From an uncultured delta proteobacterium (GTDB taxonomy: Bacteria; Desulfobacterota; Binatia; UBA9968), in assembly GCA_963816145.1 (NCBI GenBank), contig CAWFJP010000024.1, positions 48,929 to 112,928 on the forward strand: a stretch of 64,000 nt of DNA. The letters run 5' to 3'. This document shows positions 12,374 through 24,598 of the stretch, piece after piece. The notes under the pieces are model-generated. The model was not told where the DNA came from and did not search any database. It worked only from the letters and a program-made list of their open reading frames with translations. Both the position numbers and the translations under genes were made by a program. The first letter of the stretch is position 1. Every line of letters begins with the position of its first letter.

Positions 12374-14077
12374 TCAGTTTCCCGCCGACATCAAGGCGAC
12401 GATGACGGGACCCCAGGCGGTGAGCACGATATTTCCGACGGCGTACGGCACCGTGTAACCCAACGCGGGGATCTTGCTTTGCGCCTCGTCCTGGATGGCG
12501 CGCAGCGCGGCGGTCATCGTGCCCGCCCCGGAGCAGGCGCCCAAGAGGATCACCGGATTCATCTTCAAGACGTATCGACCGAAGAGAATCGCCACCAAAT
12601 GGGGCAACAGAGCCGCGATAAAACCGACGAAGACCAGGCTGATGCCCGACTTCTGCAGGCCGGAAATAAAGCTCGGCCCCGCAGTCAAGCCAACCACGCC
12701 GATGAAGACGCTCAAACCGACCATGTCAAAAACCCACATCGCGGCTTCGGGAATCCGGCCGAACGCGGGAAATACCGAGCGCAGCCAACCGAACACCAGC
12801 CCCATGATGAGAGCGCCGCCGCTGGCGGTGAGCGTGATCGGCAGCCCGGCGACAGTCACAGTAAGCAGGCCGACGAGCCCGCCAAGCACGATGCCGCTGC
12901 CGACGAAAACCATGTCGGTCGCAGTGGTCGGCCAGTCGGCGTAGCCCAGCGCGGCCACGGCGCGATCGACATCGCGTTTGGCGCCGGCAAGACTGAGCAG
13001 ATCGCCGCGGTCCAGTTGGGTCGTCAGGGTAATCGGAATCTCCTGCCCGGCGCGCGTGAGCTTGCGCAAAAAGACGCCGCGGAATTGCGTCGGCCAGGGC
13101 TCCACCTTTACCAAATCCTCCATCGTTTTGCCGTAGAGAGCCTTGTTCGTCATCACCACATCCAAAACTTCGACGGGAAAATCGAGCAGCTCTTTGTCGT
13201 CGACTTCTGGGCCGACGACGCTGCTGCGCTCGACAAGGACTTCCGTCCGCCCCATCACTACGATCACATCTTCGCGTTGAATGACCGTGTTAGGCTCGGC
13301 CTCGATGATCGCACCGGCGCGGCGGATGCGCTGAATAAAGATCCGAACATCCTTGGGCATCGCTTCGATCTCTGCGATGCTTTTATTGACGAGCCGTTCG
13401 TTGCTCACACGGTAGGCGCGCACATCGAAGGAGCGCGAGGGAGAAATGATTCCAGGCTGCGCTTCTGTTCCGCCCGACGCCTGCGCCTGCATTTTTTTCG
13501 CCTCGTCCTTGAGATTGATCCCCATCAACTTCGGCCCAATGTTCGGCAGGAACCAAACCACCGCTGTGGTTCCGACCAGATAAGTTACGGCATAAGCGAC
13601 CGGAATATTATTGAGCAGACGCGCCTTCTCTTCCGCCGAAATCGCCAGGCGATTGATGGCATCACCCGCCGTGCCGATCACCGTCGACTCGGTAAACGCT
13701 CCAGCCAGCAGGCCGGCTGCGGTGCCGATGTCGTAGCCAAGCAGCTTGGCGGCGACGAAAGCGGTCGCCAGACAAGTGGTGCAGAGCACTAATGTGAGCG
13801 CCATTTGCGACAGCGCATCTTTCTTGAGGCCGCGGAAGAATTGCGGCCCGACTTTGTACCCGGTGGTAAATAGGAAGAGATCGAAAAAAACCGTCTTGAC
13901 GAGCGACGGGACCTTGATGTCGAGCTGGCCGATGATAACGCCGGCGAATAGTGTGCCTACCACCGTTCCAAGACTGAAACCGCCGATCTTCACGCGACCG
14001 ATCGCGAAGCCGACGGCGAGCGCGAGGAAGATCGCTAGTTCCGGATTTTGCTGCAAGGCTTTGATGAAATAATCCAT
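12374..14077 (-). CDS. aspT: Aspartate:alanine antiporter AspT (YidE/YbjL family), copy 1
   Basis: FFDLFLFTTGYKVGPQF, two central TrkA-C-like domains, PALGYTVPYAVGN; adjacent to aspD. Confidence 0.9.
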   Translation of the reverse strand: MDYFIKALQQNPELAIFLALAVGFAIGRVKIGGFSLGTVVGTLFAGVIIGQLDIKVPSLVKTVFFDLFLFTTGYKVGPQFFRGLKKDALSQMALTLVLCTTCLATAFVAAKLLGYDIGTAAGLLAGAFTESTVIGTAGDAINRLAISAEEKARLLNNIPVAYAVTYLVGTTAVVWFLPNIGPKLMGINLKDEAKKMQAQASGGTEAQPGIISPSRSFDVRAYRVSNERLVNKSIAEIEAMPKDVRIFIQRIRRAGAIIEAEPNTVIQREDVIVVMGRTEVLVERSSVVGPEVDDKELLDFPVEVLDVVMTNKALYGKTMEDLVKVEPWPTQFRGVFLRKLTRAGQEIPITLTTQLDRGDLLSLAGAKRDVDRAVAALGYADWPTTATDMVFVGSGIVLGGLVGLLTVTVAGLPITLTASGGALIMGLVFGWLRSVFPAFGRIPEAAMWVFDMVGLSVFIGVVGLTAGPSFISGLQKSGISLVFVGFIAALLPHLVAILFGRYVLKMNPVILLGACSGAGTMTAALRAIQDEAQSKIPALGYTVPYAVGNIVLTAWGPVIVALMSAGN

Positions 14078-14197
14078 ACTTGTTGTCTCCTGCTGGTCAT
14101 GCTCACTTCATCTTCGCATGCAATATCCTCAACGGTTTTACGGCAAATTCCCGTTGATCTCCTTGGCGCCCTCGCGCGCTGGCCGGCGCTAGGCAAG

Positions 14198-15842
14198 CTA
14201 GCGTTTTGCACCGGGTGTCTTCTGACCCGCCGGCTGGACAGTCTTCCCTGTGGCTGCCTCATAGGCCAGTCTGTAGCCGCGCGCGATGGCGCGCACCGCC
14301 CGGCCGATGTCGTCGTAGACGTGATCGTCCAGGTTGGCGAACGATATGCGCACCGACCAGTCCGGAGCGGCAAAGCCGCTGCCGTTGAGCAGCACGATGC
14401 CGTGGTCCTCGGCCAGCCGGAACACGATGTCGAGCGGATGCACGTTCGCCTTCATCCACTTGACGACGTCCTCGCCCAGGTACTTGCGGGCAAAGAACTC
14501 GAAGTCGATCAGGCCGTAGTAGTAGTCGAAGAGCGGGTTCTCGCCGACTTCGATGCCCAGCCCCTCGATCGTCGCCTCGACGCGCTTCTTGACGATGCCG
14601 ATGCAGGCTTTCTGGTAGTCCTTCTTTGTCGTCCATCAGCTCGCTCAGCGAGAACAGCGTCATCATGACCTGCTGCGGCAGCGACAGGCCCGCCGTGTGA
14701 TTGAGCGCGACGTCGCGGCTGTCCGCCACGATGCGGTCGATGAATGCGAGCTTGCGCGGCTCGAGCGTGAGCCCGCCGTAGCGCTTGTCGAGCAGCTTCT
14801 TGATGGGCTCCGGATGCGCGGCGATCATTTCGTCGAAGATGTTGTCCTCGTGGACCGCGATCGTGCCCAGGCGCCAGCCGGTGCAGCCGAAGTACTTGCT
14901 GTAGGAGTAGACGCCGATGGTGTTCTTCGGGAACTCCCCCATCAGCGAGCGGAAGCCCGGCACGAAGGTGCCGTAGACGTCGTCGGTCAGCAGGATCAGA
15001 TCCGGCCGCTTCTTGAGCACGGCGCCGATCTTCTTGATCGTCTCGGGCGAGAGCGCCACGGCGAACGGGTTGCCCGGGTTGACGATGAAGAACGCCTTGA
15101 TCTTCGGGTCGAGGAGCTTCTTGAGCTCCTCATCGGGGTACTGGAACCGGTTCTCCTGCTTGGCGTGCACCTCGACGAACTTGAGGTCGTAGTCCTCCAG
15201 GTGCGCCATCTCGAGGTACGGGGTGAAGATCGGCACGCCGAGCGCGATCGTGTCGCCGGGGTTGAGGATCCGGTTGCTCTTCAGCGACTTGAAGATGTAG
15301 CACATGGCGGCGGTGCCGCCCTCGACCGCGTAGAGCTTGAACTTGCCCTTCGGCCGCGGGGTTCCGCACATCGCCCACTGCAGGTACTCGTGGACGATCT
15401 GCTCGTTGTGCACCAGCATGCGGTCCGGCACCGGGTAGTGGTCGCCGATGATGGAGTCCACCAGCTCGTGCACGAACTTGTCGGCGTCGAAGCCGAACTT
15501 CTTCACGGCCCACGGCACCATCGCCTTCAGGAAAGGCGCACCCGGCATGTCGTCGTGCTTCGTCAGCCAGGCTTCAAGCCGGCCGGCAATGCCCGCTGCC
15601 TTGGGCATGCCGCCCACGCCCGGCGGCAGGTCGAGCACGCGCTTGCTCTCGGTGACCGCGAACTGCCCGAGCAGGAAGAACGCCTCGCGCGGCTCGGTGG
15701 CGACCCAGTTCGGGTTGCCGCGACCGGCGTTCAGGTACGAGCTGGACGATTCCTGCGCGGACTTCGATGCCACCTTGGCGAGGAAGTCCTTGATCTCGAA
15801 CGGGCCCAGCTTCTCGTACTGTTTAAAGTTTAAGTCGTTCAT
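14198..15842 (-). CDS. aspD: Aspartate 4-decarboxylase (PLP), frameshift near 14620
   Basis: LNAGRGNPNW, VEGGTAAM, TDDVYGTF, SYSKYFGCTGWRLG, HTAGLSLPQQ; C-terminus continues in ORF 14198..14455. Confidence 0.93.
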
Positions 15843-15886
15843 CGAATTCTCCTTTTTTATTCAATCATCGGAAGTAAATATGCTCC

Positions 15887-17578
15887 TCACGACAACAGCA
15901 TGATGACGACCATGCCCCAGATCGTCAGCAGCGTGTTACCGACCGCGTAGGTAACGGTGTAGCCGAGCGCCGGCACCTGACTCTTGGCGAGATCGCAGAC
16001 CATACCGAGCGACGCCGTCGTCGTGCGCGACCCTGAGATGATGCCGAGGGTGAGCGCGTCATGGAAGCGGAACACGTATTTGGCGACGAACATCCCGAGC
16101 ACCAGCGGTATCGTGGTCGCGAGAGCGCCCCACAGGAACAGGCCGATGCCCTGCGTCTTCAGACCGTTGATGAAACCCGGGCCGGCGGAGATGCCGACAA
16201 TGGCGATGAATATGTTGAGGCCCACCGAGTTCATGAACCAGACTGTCGGCGACGGGATGCGCCCGAAGGACGGGCGTACCGAGCGCAGCCAGCCGCCCAC
16301 GATCCCAGCGACGAGCGCCCCGCCCGCGGTCGAGAGCGTCACGGGCGCTCCGCCGACTTTAAAGACCAGCGAGCCGATCAGCGCGCCAACCACGATCCAG
16401 GCGCCGATGAACGCGACGTCGGCAACGTCGGTCGGCCGGTCCGCGACACCCAGCAGCTTGGTCACCGCGTTCGTGTCCTGCGTGCGACCGACGACGGTGA
16501 GGAGGTCGCCGCGCTCGATTTTGGTGTTCGGCAAGATGGGGATCGTGGTTGCAGTCGCGCCCCGCGTAATCTTCCGCAAGAAGACCCCGCGCGCGGCCGG
16601 CATCTTGGCCAGTTCGATAAGAGTCTTGCCGTCGACCGCCTTGTTGCTCACTAAAACGTCCACGCCCTCCACCGGCACGGCCAACAGTTCAGCATCGTCG
16701 ACCTCCTTCGCGCCTTCGCCGACCAACTTGACGAGTACGTCGCGGGCGCCGGCGAGCGCCACCACGTCCCCCTCGCGCAGCACCGTGTCCGCCGTTGCCT
16801 CCTCGATCGTCCCGTTGCGGCGGATGCGCTGGACGAAAACGCGCGCGTCGGGCACCAGCGCCTCGGCCTCGGCGGCCCGCAGGCCAACAGCCTTCCCGCC
16901 CGGCTGCACGCGGAAGGCGCGCAGCTCCCAGCGGTGCCAGGCGGAGCCGGCGCCGCCCAGTTCCTTGGTGCCGCCCTGCTTCTCCTCGTAATCTTTGCAC
17001 GCCGCGACGAGATCGATGCGCAGCAGTGCGGGACCGAGGATGGCGATCACGATCGCCGAGCCGACGGTGCCGAACATGTAGCTCACGGCATAGGCGACTG
17101 GCATCCCGTCGAGCAAGGCCTTGGCCTGGTCGGCGGCGAGGCCTAGCCGGTTAATGGCGTCGGTCGAAAGGCCCATCGCGGCGGAAATCGTCTGCGACCC
17201 CGAGTACAACCCGGCGGAGTAGCCAAGATCGTAGCCGGCCATCTTCGCGATCACGACGCAGGCCAACAGACTGAACACACATTGGACTGCCGCAAATATC
17301 GCCTGCGGCAGGCCATCCTTGGCGACACCGCGGACAAACTGTGGCCCGACGGCGTAGCCGACGGCGAACAAGAACATGAGGAAGACCGTCGCCTTGAGAG
17401 GCGGCGAGATGGTGATGCCGATCTGGCCGACCAGGACTCCGGCCAGCAGGGTGGCGGTCACCGCCCCGAGGCCGATGCCCTTGAAGGTAAACTTGCCGAA
17501 GTAGTAGCCGAGGCCAAGCGTGAGAAATATCGCGATCTCCGGGTAGGTGCGCAGTGTTGCAGCAAACCAATCAAACAT
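15887..17578 (-). CDS. aspT: AspT/YidE-family antiporter, copy 2
   Basis: Same architecture as copy 1; [26 protein letters not shown]. Confidence 0.85.
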   Translation of the reverse strand: MFDWFAATLRTYPEIAIFLTLGLGYYFGKFTFKGIGLGAVTATLLAGVLVGQIGITISPPLKATVFLMFLFAVGYAVGPQFVRGVAKDGLPQAIFAAVQCVFSLLACVVIAKMAGYDLGYSAGLYSGSQTISAAMGLSTDAINRLGLAADQAKALLDGMPVAYAVSYMFGTVGSAIVIAILGPALLRIDLVAACKDYEEKQGGTKELGGAGSAWHRWELRAFRVQPGGKAVGLRAAEAEALVPDARVFVQRIRRNGTIEEATADTVLREGDVVALAGARDVLVKLVGEGAKEVDDAELLAVPVEGVDVLVSNKAVDGKTLIELAKMPAARGVFLRKITRGATATTIPILPNTKIERGDLLTVVGRTQDTNAVTKLLGVADRPTDVADVAFIGAWIVVGALIGSLVFKVGGAPVTLSTAGGALVAGIVGGWLRSVRPSFGRIPSPTVWFMNSVGLNIFIAIVGISAGPGFINGLKTQGIGLFLWGALATTIPLVLGMFVAKYVFRFHDALTLGIISGSRTTTASLGMVCDLAKSQVPALGYTVTYAVGNTLLTIWGMVVIMLLS

Positions 17579-17667
17579 ATTGTCCTCCGTTCAGCTTTTT
17601 GTGGCGTCCTGAACCGCCCGGTTCGCCATTTAGCCTATCGCCATTGCGGGTTGACCGTCGTCGCAGC

Positions 17668-20412
17668 TTACATGTCATTAAGTTTACCTTTCCGCTTGGC
17701 CAGCACCGCAGGTTTGAGCAGCTTCAAGCCATGGGCGGCGTGATAACCGTGGATCTCTTTCACGTCGAGCTTGCGCATGAACGTGATCGTGTCCGCGGTA
17801 ATCACCTGGCCCGGCACCATGATCGGAAATCCCGGCGGGTAAGGAATCACGAAATTCGCCGACACCAGCTCGGGACCTTTCTTGACCCGCTCGTCGATCT
17901 CCTTGCTGGCGAGCTTGATGAATTCGCAATTGGCGTCGTCATAAGCCATGAAAAACGCCGGCCGCATGTTGCCCTCGTTGCTCACGCTTTTGGGCCTCTC
18001 GCGAAAAACGTCGTGGAAGCGGCTGAAGTTCGGCAGGTCCGGCACATCGGTCATCAGCGACTTGACCCGCGTGGCGAAACCCTCCTGCGCTTCCCGGCCG
18101 CCCTGGGCGAGCCGTTGTTCGATCTCGCGCGCCAGATCGGCCAGCACTTTGATCAGCAGCGCGCCGTCGCTGCGGGTATTATTGATGTTGGTCTGAATCA
18201 GGATGCTGTTGCGCGAAGTTTTATTGATCTGAATATCGAAGCGCTCCGCCAACAGGTTCTTGAATTCCGTGCCGTCGAAGCCGCCAGAGCCGCAAATCAG
18301 CGTGAGACGCGTCGGATCGAGGGCGAACTCGTCCTCGTTCCACGCTTCGATGGCCTCCTTCCAGTTGGATTGCGGCGGGCCGTAGTCTTTTATGCCGGAG
18401 GCGCGGAATTCGGCGGGAATCATCTCTTCCGGCGTTGCCACGCGGAAATACTTGGAGATCAGCGGATGATTGTTCACTTCGCGGCGAATCTTGAGCGCCA
18501 ACTCGGTTGCCTTCATGGTCAACTCGTAGCCTTCAAGCTCCATTTGCCGGCGCGCCAGTTCGATGGACGCGATGATTTGCTGGTTCGGCGAAGTCGAGGT
18601 GTGCGTAAAGAAGGCTTCTTCGAAGGGGCCTTCGACTTGATGAAAGTCCTCGTCCCAAACCAGGATGATCGAGCCCTGGCGCAACGCCGACATCGACTTG
18701 TGGATCGAATTGGTTTGGTAGACGCGGATGCGCACCTTGTCGGGGTCCGGCAGCAGGTGCATATCGAGCAGCTTGGGACTTTTCGCGTCGAGCTTGCCGA
18801 GTTTCGCCGTGAAAGCCTTGTACTCGTCACGATAGGCGGGATCGCGGTAGCGCGCCGTCAACGCGGCGGCCGCGCCCATCGCCGTGCGCCGGCGGTGTAA
18901 CGGGTTGAAACGCGCGAAGCCGAACCAAGCTTCGTCCCAGAGAAAGATCAGGTCCGGCTTGATGGCGAGACATTCCTCCATGACGCGCCGGGGATTGTAC
19001 ATATGGCCGTCGAAGGTGCAGTTGGTCATGTCGACCACTTTCACGCGATCGAGCTTGCCCTCGGCCTTGCAATCGAGCAGCGCCTTTTTGATCGTGCGCA
19101 GCGGCACGCCGCCGTACATGGAGTACTCGGTCAGCGGATAAGCCTCGACGTAATAGGGCTGCGCGCCGGTCAGGACAAATCCGTAGTGGTGCGACTTGTG
19201 GCAGTTGCGATCGACGATGACGATATCGCCGGGCTTGCAGACCGCCTGGACGACAATCTTGTTGGAGGTCGACGTGCCGTTGATGCCAAAGTAGGCCCGC
19301 TTGGCGCCGAACGCGCGGGCCGCTTGTTCATGGGCTTTCTTGATGTTGCCGGTGGGCTCGAGCAGGCTGTCGAGCCCGCCGGAGGTTGCCGAAGACTCGG
19401 CGAGAAACAGATTGGTGCCATAGAACTGACCCATGTCACGGATCCAGTTGGAGCGGAAGATCGACTTGCCGCGCGCCACCGGCAGCGCATGAAACGTGCC
19501 GATGGGACGCTGCGCGTAGCGCTTGAGGTTGGAGAAAAACGGCGTGTCGTAGCGCTCGTTGACGCCGTCGAGAACCGAGAGGTGGACCTCCATGATCTCT
19601 TCGATGTTGTAAAACACTCGCCGGATCGGCGCGACCTCATCGCTGCCGGCGAGCTTCTCGATGGCCCGGTCGGTGAGCAGATAGATATCCAGCTCGGGGC
19701 GGTAGTTCTTGACTAATCGAGCCAGCGTCGTGGCCAGCGCCCCAGGCGCAATGGCGGCCGGATCGACGTTTGAATTGCGCACTAAAAAGTCGCGCATCAT
19801 CGGCAGCTCATGGTGCGAGCGGAACTGGAAACCGTCATAGATGACGACGGCTTGGACATTGTGATTGAAGATCGTGCCGATGACACCGTCTTCAAAGCTG
19901 CCGACCTGGACGATCTCGTAATGGAAAAGATCTTCCGGCCGGCGCAGGCGCTTCAATTCGTTGCGCGCGCGCTCCCAAGTGCTGGGATCGTTGGGCGTTA
20001 CCACAAGCACTTCGAAGTACGGCTTGCGGCTCTCGCCTACCTGAGCGTCCGGCGGCAAGGCATCGAGCGGGCGCGCCTCGCTTTCTTGCAGCGGGTCCCA
20101 AGCAGCGCTGTCGTGGCGGTATCCGCCGGTCAGCAGCGAATTAGAAATCTTTTGCACGAGCCGCGCGAACACGCCCTGCATTGGCTTCATCGATGCGCTT
20201 CGCGTACGGTCGTCATCAGGCGCGGATCCGGGGTAGGCCCAATAGCTTTCCATCGGGCTGATTTCTCCCAGGAACTGCGCCGCCTGAGCCAGTAACTTGT
20301 CTCCAGGCAGCCCTTGGGCAATTGCCGCCTCCCAAGCTCTCCCCACCGTGTTCATCTCGCACCAGCGATCGATTCGCGCCTCCGCCGCTGAAAAGAAATC
20401 TTTGAGATCCAT
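17668..20412 (-). CDS. Large Orn/Lys/Arg decarboxylase (PLP fold I) with N-terminal extension
   Basis: NGTSTSNK, DRNCHKSHH, WDEAWF, SIHKS (PLP lysine), TSTSPNQQI, PYPPGFP. Confidence 0.92.
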   Translation of the reverse strand: MDLKDFFSAAEARIDRWCEMNTVGRAWEAAIAQGLPGDKLLAQAAQFLGEISPMESYWAYPGSAPDDDRTRSASMKPMQGVFARLVQKISNSLLTGGYRHDSAAWDPLQESEARPLDALPPDAQVGESRKPYFEVLVVTPNDPSTWERARNELKRLRRPEDLFHYEIVQVGSFEDGVIGTIFNHNVQAVVIYDGFQFRSHHELPMMRDFLVRNSNVDPAAIAPGALATTLARLVKNYRPELDIYLLTDRAIEKLAGSDEVAPIRRVFYNIEEIMEVHLSVLDGVNERYDTPFFSNLKRYAQRPIGTFHALPVARGKSIFRSNWIRDMGQFYGTNLFLAESSATSGGLDSLLEPTGNIKKAHEQAARAFGAKRAYFGINGTSTSNKIVVQAVCKPGDIVIVDRNCHKSHHYGFVLTGAQPYYVEAYPLTEYSMYGGVPLRTIKKALLDCKAEGKLDRVKVVDMTNCTFDGHMYNPRRVMEECLAIKPDLIFLWDEAWFGFARFNPLHRRRTAMGAAAALTARYRDPAYRDEYKAFTAKLGKLDAKSPKLLDMHLLPDPDKVRIRVYQTNSIHKSMSALRQGSIILVWDEDFHQVEGPFEEAFFTHTSTSPNQQIIASIELARRQMELEGYELTMKATELALKIRREVNNHPLISKYFRVATPEEMIPAEFRASGIKDYGPPQSNWKEAIEAWNEDEFALDPTRLTLICGSGGFDGTEFKNLLAERFDIQINKTSRNSILIQTNINNTRSDGALLIKVLADLAREIEQRLAQGGREAQEGFATRVKSLMTDVPDLPNFSRFHDVFRERPKSVSNEGNMRPAFFMAYDDANCEFIKLASKEIDERVKKGPELVSANFVIPYPPGFPIMVPGQVITADTITFMRKLDVKEIHGYHAAHGLKLLKPAVLAKRKGKLNDM

Positions 20413-20556
20413 GACTTAATTCTCCTCTATTTGATTCACCACATAGGGCTTATTGCTATGCTTGCTTCTGTGCGACGCACCAATGCTGATTCTTCATCCG
20501 GCTCGGTCAAAGCTTAACGCACCATTCCTGAGCCTTCCGCTAGGAGAGATGGCTCG

Positions 20557-21524
20557 TCAATTCTTCACCGCCGTCCAAGTGGCATCGGGATTGTACTCTT
20601 TCATGCTTTTGGCAACGGTCGCGGTATTGGTACCGAGGTTTTTTTGGAACACTTTGCCGTCGTGGTTGACGATGAACGTCATCACACCGGAGTTGCCGTA
20701 CTCCGCCGGATACGCCACCACCGCAAAGCCGCCGATCATCTTGCCCTTGACCAGGTAACTGTACGCCCCGCCGGCCGCGTTCTTTCCCTGCGCCGTGAGT
20801 ATCCTGATAGTAGTAACCATGGTAGGGCACCGGCGTGCTGCTTGGTTTAAACTGATACCCTTGCCTTTGCGCTTGGCTCATGATCGGCCCGAGGGGGCTC
20901 TCCGGTTCGCCGGCCTTGGTCTCCCAATACAGCCCGTTCCTTTTCTTCGGATCGCTGACAAACTTCTGCGCGTATTCCAGCAGCCCGTTCTTGTCCCGAT
21001 CCTTTAGCGCATACTCACGCTCGGCATCGACCACCGCGAGCAAGGCTTGAATCGTGAACAGCTCGTTGTTACCGACGCGCCGGTTTAGAACCTCCTCCTT
21101 GCCCTTCTCCGCATCGAAAATCCAGCCATCGCCTCTCTTCACGATTGGGATTGGATATGGCCAGTCTTGTTTGCCGATGACCAGAATCCTCTCGTCCCCT
21201 TTTGTCTCAATGTGGTTCTTTTCATCGTAGGCCGCAAGAACTTGCCCGCGCCGCTGTTTATCGGCAACCGGATCGCCGGAAAACAATAGATTCTTGGCTG
21301 ACGCCCCGAAGATCGCCAGCATTTCTTTGTCGTTATTGCTGCGCGCCGCGGCCATGGCGGCCTTGACAGCCTCTTCGGGCGAAGCAAAGCTTTTTTGCTG
21401 GGACGCCGCTGAAAAAGCGCTTTCGGCAAGGCCTAACGTCATCAAGACCGCAAGGCCCATGACAAACCGAAAAGCATGACGGCGGAAACTTGTTCTGCTG
21501 AGTTGCAAAATTAAAAAGTTTCAT
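20557..21524 (-). CDS. DUF2950 family exported protein (frameshifts near the start and near 20810)
   Basis: FASPEEA, WPYPIPIV, RRVGNNEL, PYHGYY, PAEYGNSGVMTFIVNHDG. Confidence 0.9.
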
Positions 21525-21603
21525 TTTTTACTCCATCGCTCCATCGACAAACCGATCACCGATTACGGAACACCGTTCGCCGGATACCAATCCCTGATCG
21601 TTA

Positions 21604-23042
21604 CTATCTGCGCCGTCCGCCGCCGCCACCGCCTCCGCCGCGTGACCCGCCGCCACCGCCGCCTCTCGAAGCTCCACCGCCGCTAAAACTGCTCCGGCTG
21701 GCGCTGCCGCGACTGCTGGCACTGCGCGCCGCGCTGCCGCCGCGATCGGCGCCTTCAAAGGCGCCGCCGCGACTGCTTGATCCGCCGCCCAGGTTGCTCG
21801 CACCGCCAGCCGCACGATCCGCGGTCCCGGCGCGATTACCGCCGCCCACTTGGCCTGCGCCGCCGCGATCACCCGCGCCACCGCCGCCCGGTCCACCGCG
21901 GTCACCAACGCCGCCTTGTCCGCCGATTCCGCCGCGATCACCCGCGCCGCCCCGGCCGCCCGGTCCCAGCCGCGCGATCACCACGACGCCGCCGCCGCCG
22001 CCGGTCCACCGCGGTCACCAACGCCGCCTTGTCCGCCGATTCCGCCACGGTCGCCTGCGCCGCCACTGCCGAGATCCTGCCTGCCCTGTTCGGCTCGTCC
22101 ACGAAACTGCTCGCGTGACTTGATCGCGTCGTTGGTGCTGGCTTTGTTAAATTTTTGCGCCGTCCCTTGATCGCGATAGGACACTCCCTTGCGGTGCTCG
22201 GGATTATGCTGAAATTTGCCCTGACCGTTTTGGTTGATCTGTCCCCTCTGCTGTAAATTCTGCTTGGCTTGGTCTCGATTGATATTATTATTAATGTTGG
22301 TGTTCCGATTGACGTCGATGTCGACATCTCCTCCGTTCCAGTTGCAGTTGCCCCAGGCATAACCCCACGCCGCGCCCATGGCAACACCGGCGCCGAAGGC
22401 AAACATCGACGTGGCTACATAGCCAGGCGGATAATAGTAATACGGCGGATAAGCTGGGTACGGCCATGCGCCATAAACCACTGTCGGATTATAACTCGGC
22501 ACGTAAACGACTTGCGGATTAGCGGGTTCGATCTTGATGATTTTTTCCTCGACGATGACGGTCTGCTCCTTGGTCGTCTTGAGATTTCCCGACGCCTGCG
22601 CTTTGGCGCGCAGGCTTTGGATCGTATCCAGAACCTTTTTTTGATCCGCTAGAAAGGCGTCGCCGAGCTTTTGCGTCCAATCGAGCTTCTCGCTCATCAT
22701 GGTCAGCACCTGGGGAAAATTGACCAGCGATTTGATGCTTGGGTCCCAGTCTTGCGCTTCCAGCGCTTTGGTCAACGCATCGCCTTTTAGGCTGGCGTTT
22801 TGCTTGGCCCAGCGGTCGGCCTGCACGACCTCCAAAGGGTAGGTCGAAGCCATCAGGATTTGCGAAATCAATGAATCAGGGTGTAGCGCGATGGGCGCTA
22901 GGATTTGCTCCAATTCTTCCTGCTTTACGGCCGGCGCAGCTTCTGACTTCTGCTGCGCGATCAGCCCTGGCGGTAGCGCCAAGACTAGAATCATTGTCCA
23001 CGCCAACCCGCGCGCTAATGGATGTATTGCTTTCATGCTCAT
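21604..23042 (-). CDS. DUF3300 family protein with Gly/Arg-rich tail (frameshift near 21985)
   Basis: LAPIALHPDSL, WDPSIKSLVNFPQVL, YVPSYNPTVVYG; tail continues in ORF 21604..21984. Confidence 0.92.
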
Positions 23043-23944
23043 TCCTCTTTCATTGAGCTGTCCGCCAAGTCGACCAAGTTTCTTGGCACCAGATTTTAAT
23101 CACAGTGATCGTCAATTCGTGTTTGCATGCGAGAAGCGTAATTTGATGCTGCGCGTCATGCGGGATAAATCACTACGGCCAGATATTTACCAGCTATAGG
23201 CTTTATCGCATAACCCAGATTAGGTCCAGCGACGGCGGTTCTTTTTTAACGGGCAACGCCTCGCCCCTTGCAGTTGATCGCCAGGCACACTCGCGTCAGT
23301 AAGCTTTTTTTGGGGTCGCACGCGTGAATTGCATTCGCGTTAGCGACAACGCCTCTGTTGACGATTCGGAAACGCTTCCGCCGTCACAACATCGGCCTTG
23401 GCACATATCGTTGTGTCAGCTACGCGAACCTGCAGACACGCGCCTCAGAGCGATCACCCTGCTCCTTTCTTCAATGGCTATCACCTGTGGCAATTCTGCA
23501 GTCCTCTTGCGGTTCCCAGGAGCAAAAGCTGCAACGCGCCGTTGATCCAAGCTTTTCGCACGATCGATGCCACAAGATTACAACTGACCGAAGTGGAAAA
23601 TCACCTGTCGTAACGAATTCCGTTCCGCCATATAAATTTCAAAAACGGAAAAAATGACTCGACAAATTCTCACTTCCGAGCAGTCCGCAATTCCTTACCG
23701 CCAAGCACCTTCAATTCTCACCCTCGAACGTTAAGCAACCATGGAGATACCGATTGATCGGTCCGGCGTCTCTGCAGATAACGGTTGTATTTGCCGACCT
23801 TGGTCCAATGGCGCACATAGCACCGCTTCGCAGACCATGAGTAACTTGTTTTCGCGTATGACGCATCGGATCGCGCTCATCATACTTGAAGCCGTCAACG
23901 GTTTAGTCGACTGTAACAGTTGGCCAGCGTGTAAAATCGTAGAG

Positions 23945-24015
23945 CCCTTCGACCCAGCTCAGGGCGAACGAAGTACGGGAAACCATTCGTAGCGAGGCTC
24001 TCGAACCATGAACGG
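23945..24015. repeat. REP-like inverted pair (CCCTTCGACCCAGCTCAGGGCGAACG ... CATTCGTAGCGAGGCTCTCGAACC)
   Basis: Imperfect inverted repeat in a long gene-free stretch. Confidence 0.55.
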
Positions 24016-24319
24016 TAATCGCCATCTGCCTATTCCAGCTTACTGGTTTGCTTAAACGGCAATTGTTCCGTAGGTCGCGCCTCCGGACTTGTCAGACGGT
24101 GGCGCCATCGCGTACACTCGGCGAAATTTGAACACCGCACACCGATCATCCTCTTACGCCGGAGAATAGGAATGGCGAAGCGACCGGGCCAGAAACAATG
24201 CTGGAGCTCGCACAAGGGCAAGCAGCGGCGAACAAGCTGGAGTCGGCTTAGCGCAGAAGCATAATTACGAAATTCAGAAGCTGATTGGCGGCCTAGCGAT
24301 CGCGTTTGCAGTGCCCGAT

Positions 24320-24598
24320 TCTGCGGCTAGTCGGTCAACCGATGACGAAATCGATTGGGAGATGGCCGGAACGAATCGTCGAGAAGAAAGATGGCCAAGG
24401 TTGTAAAGCTCACTACCACAAAAACCCGAGACGGCGTCTCGGATTTCCCTTGATACGCCAGTTCGGTAGGGCGTCGAAGGGTTTCCCGACAAAGCTCTCG
24501 CGCGGGAATACAGACTGGCACTGACTGACAAACAACTCCCCGCACGGGACATCGAAAAGACCCGCAAAATGCTGGAGGCTCGTCGCCGTGTCGTGTAG
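24320..24598 (+). pseudogene. Decayed DUF1016 (YhcG-like nuclease) remnant
   Basis: 24476-24598 translates EGFPDKALAREYRLALTDKQLPARDIEKTRKMLEARRRVV*, like DUF1016 C-termini; a WE..RIVE-like trace near 24355-24385 resembles the N-terminus. Confidence 0.55.

Noticed and set aside
23398-23414. Sigma-54 promoter TGGCAC...TTG
   Set aside because: Spacing is off by one, the -12 GC is absent, and no plus-strand gene follows.
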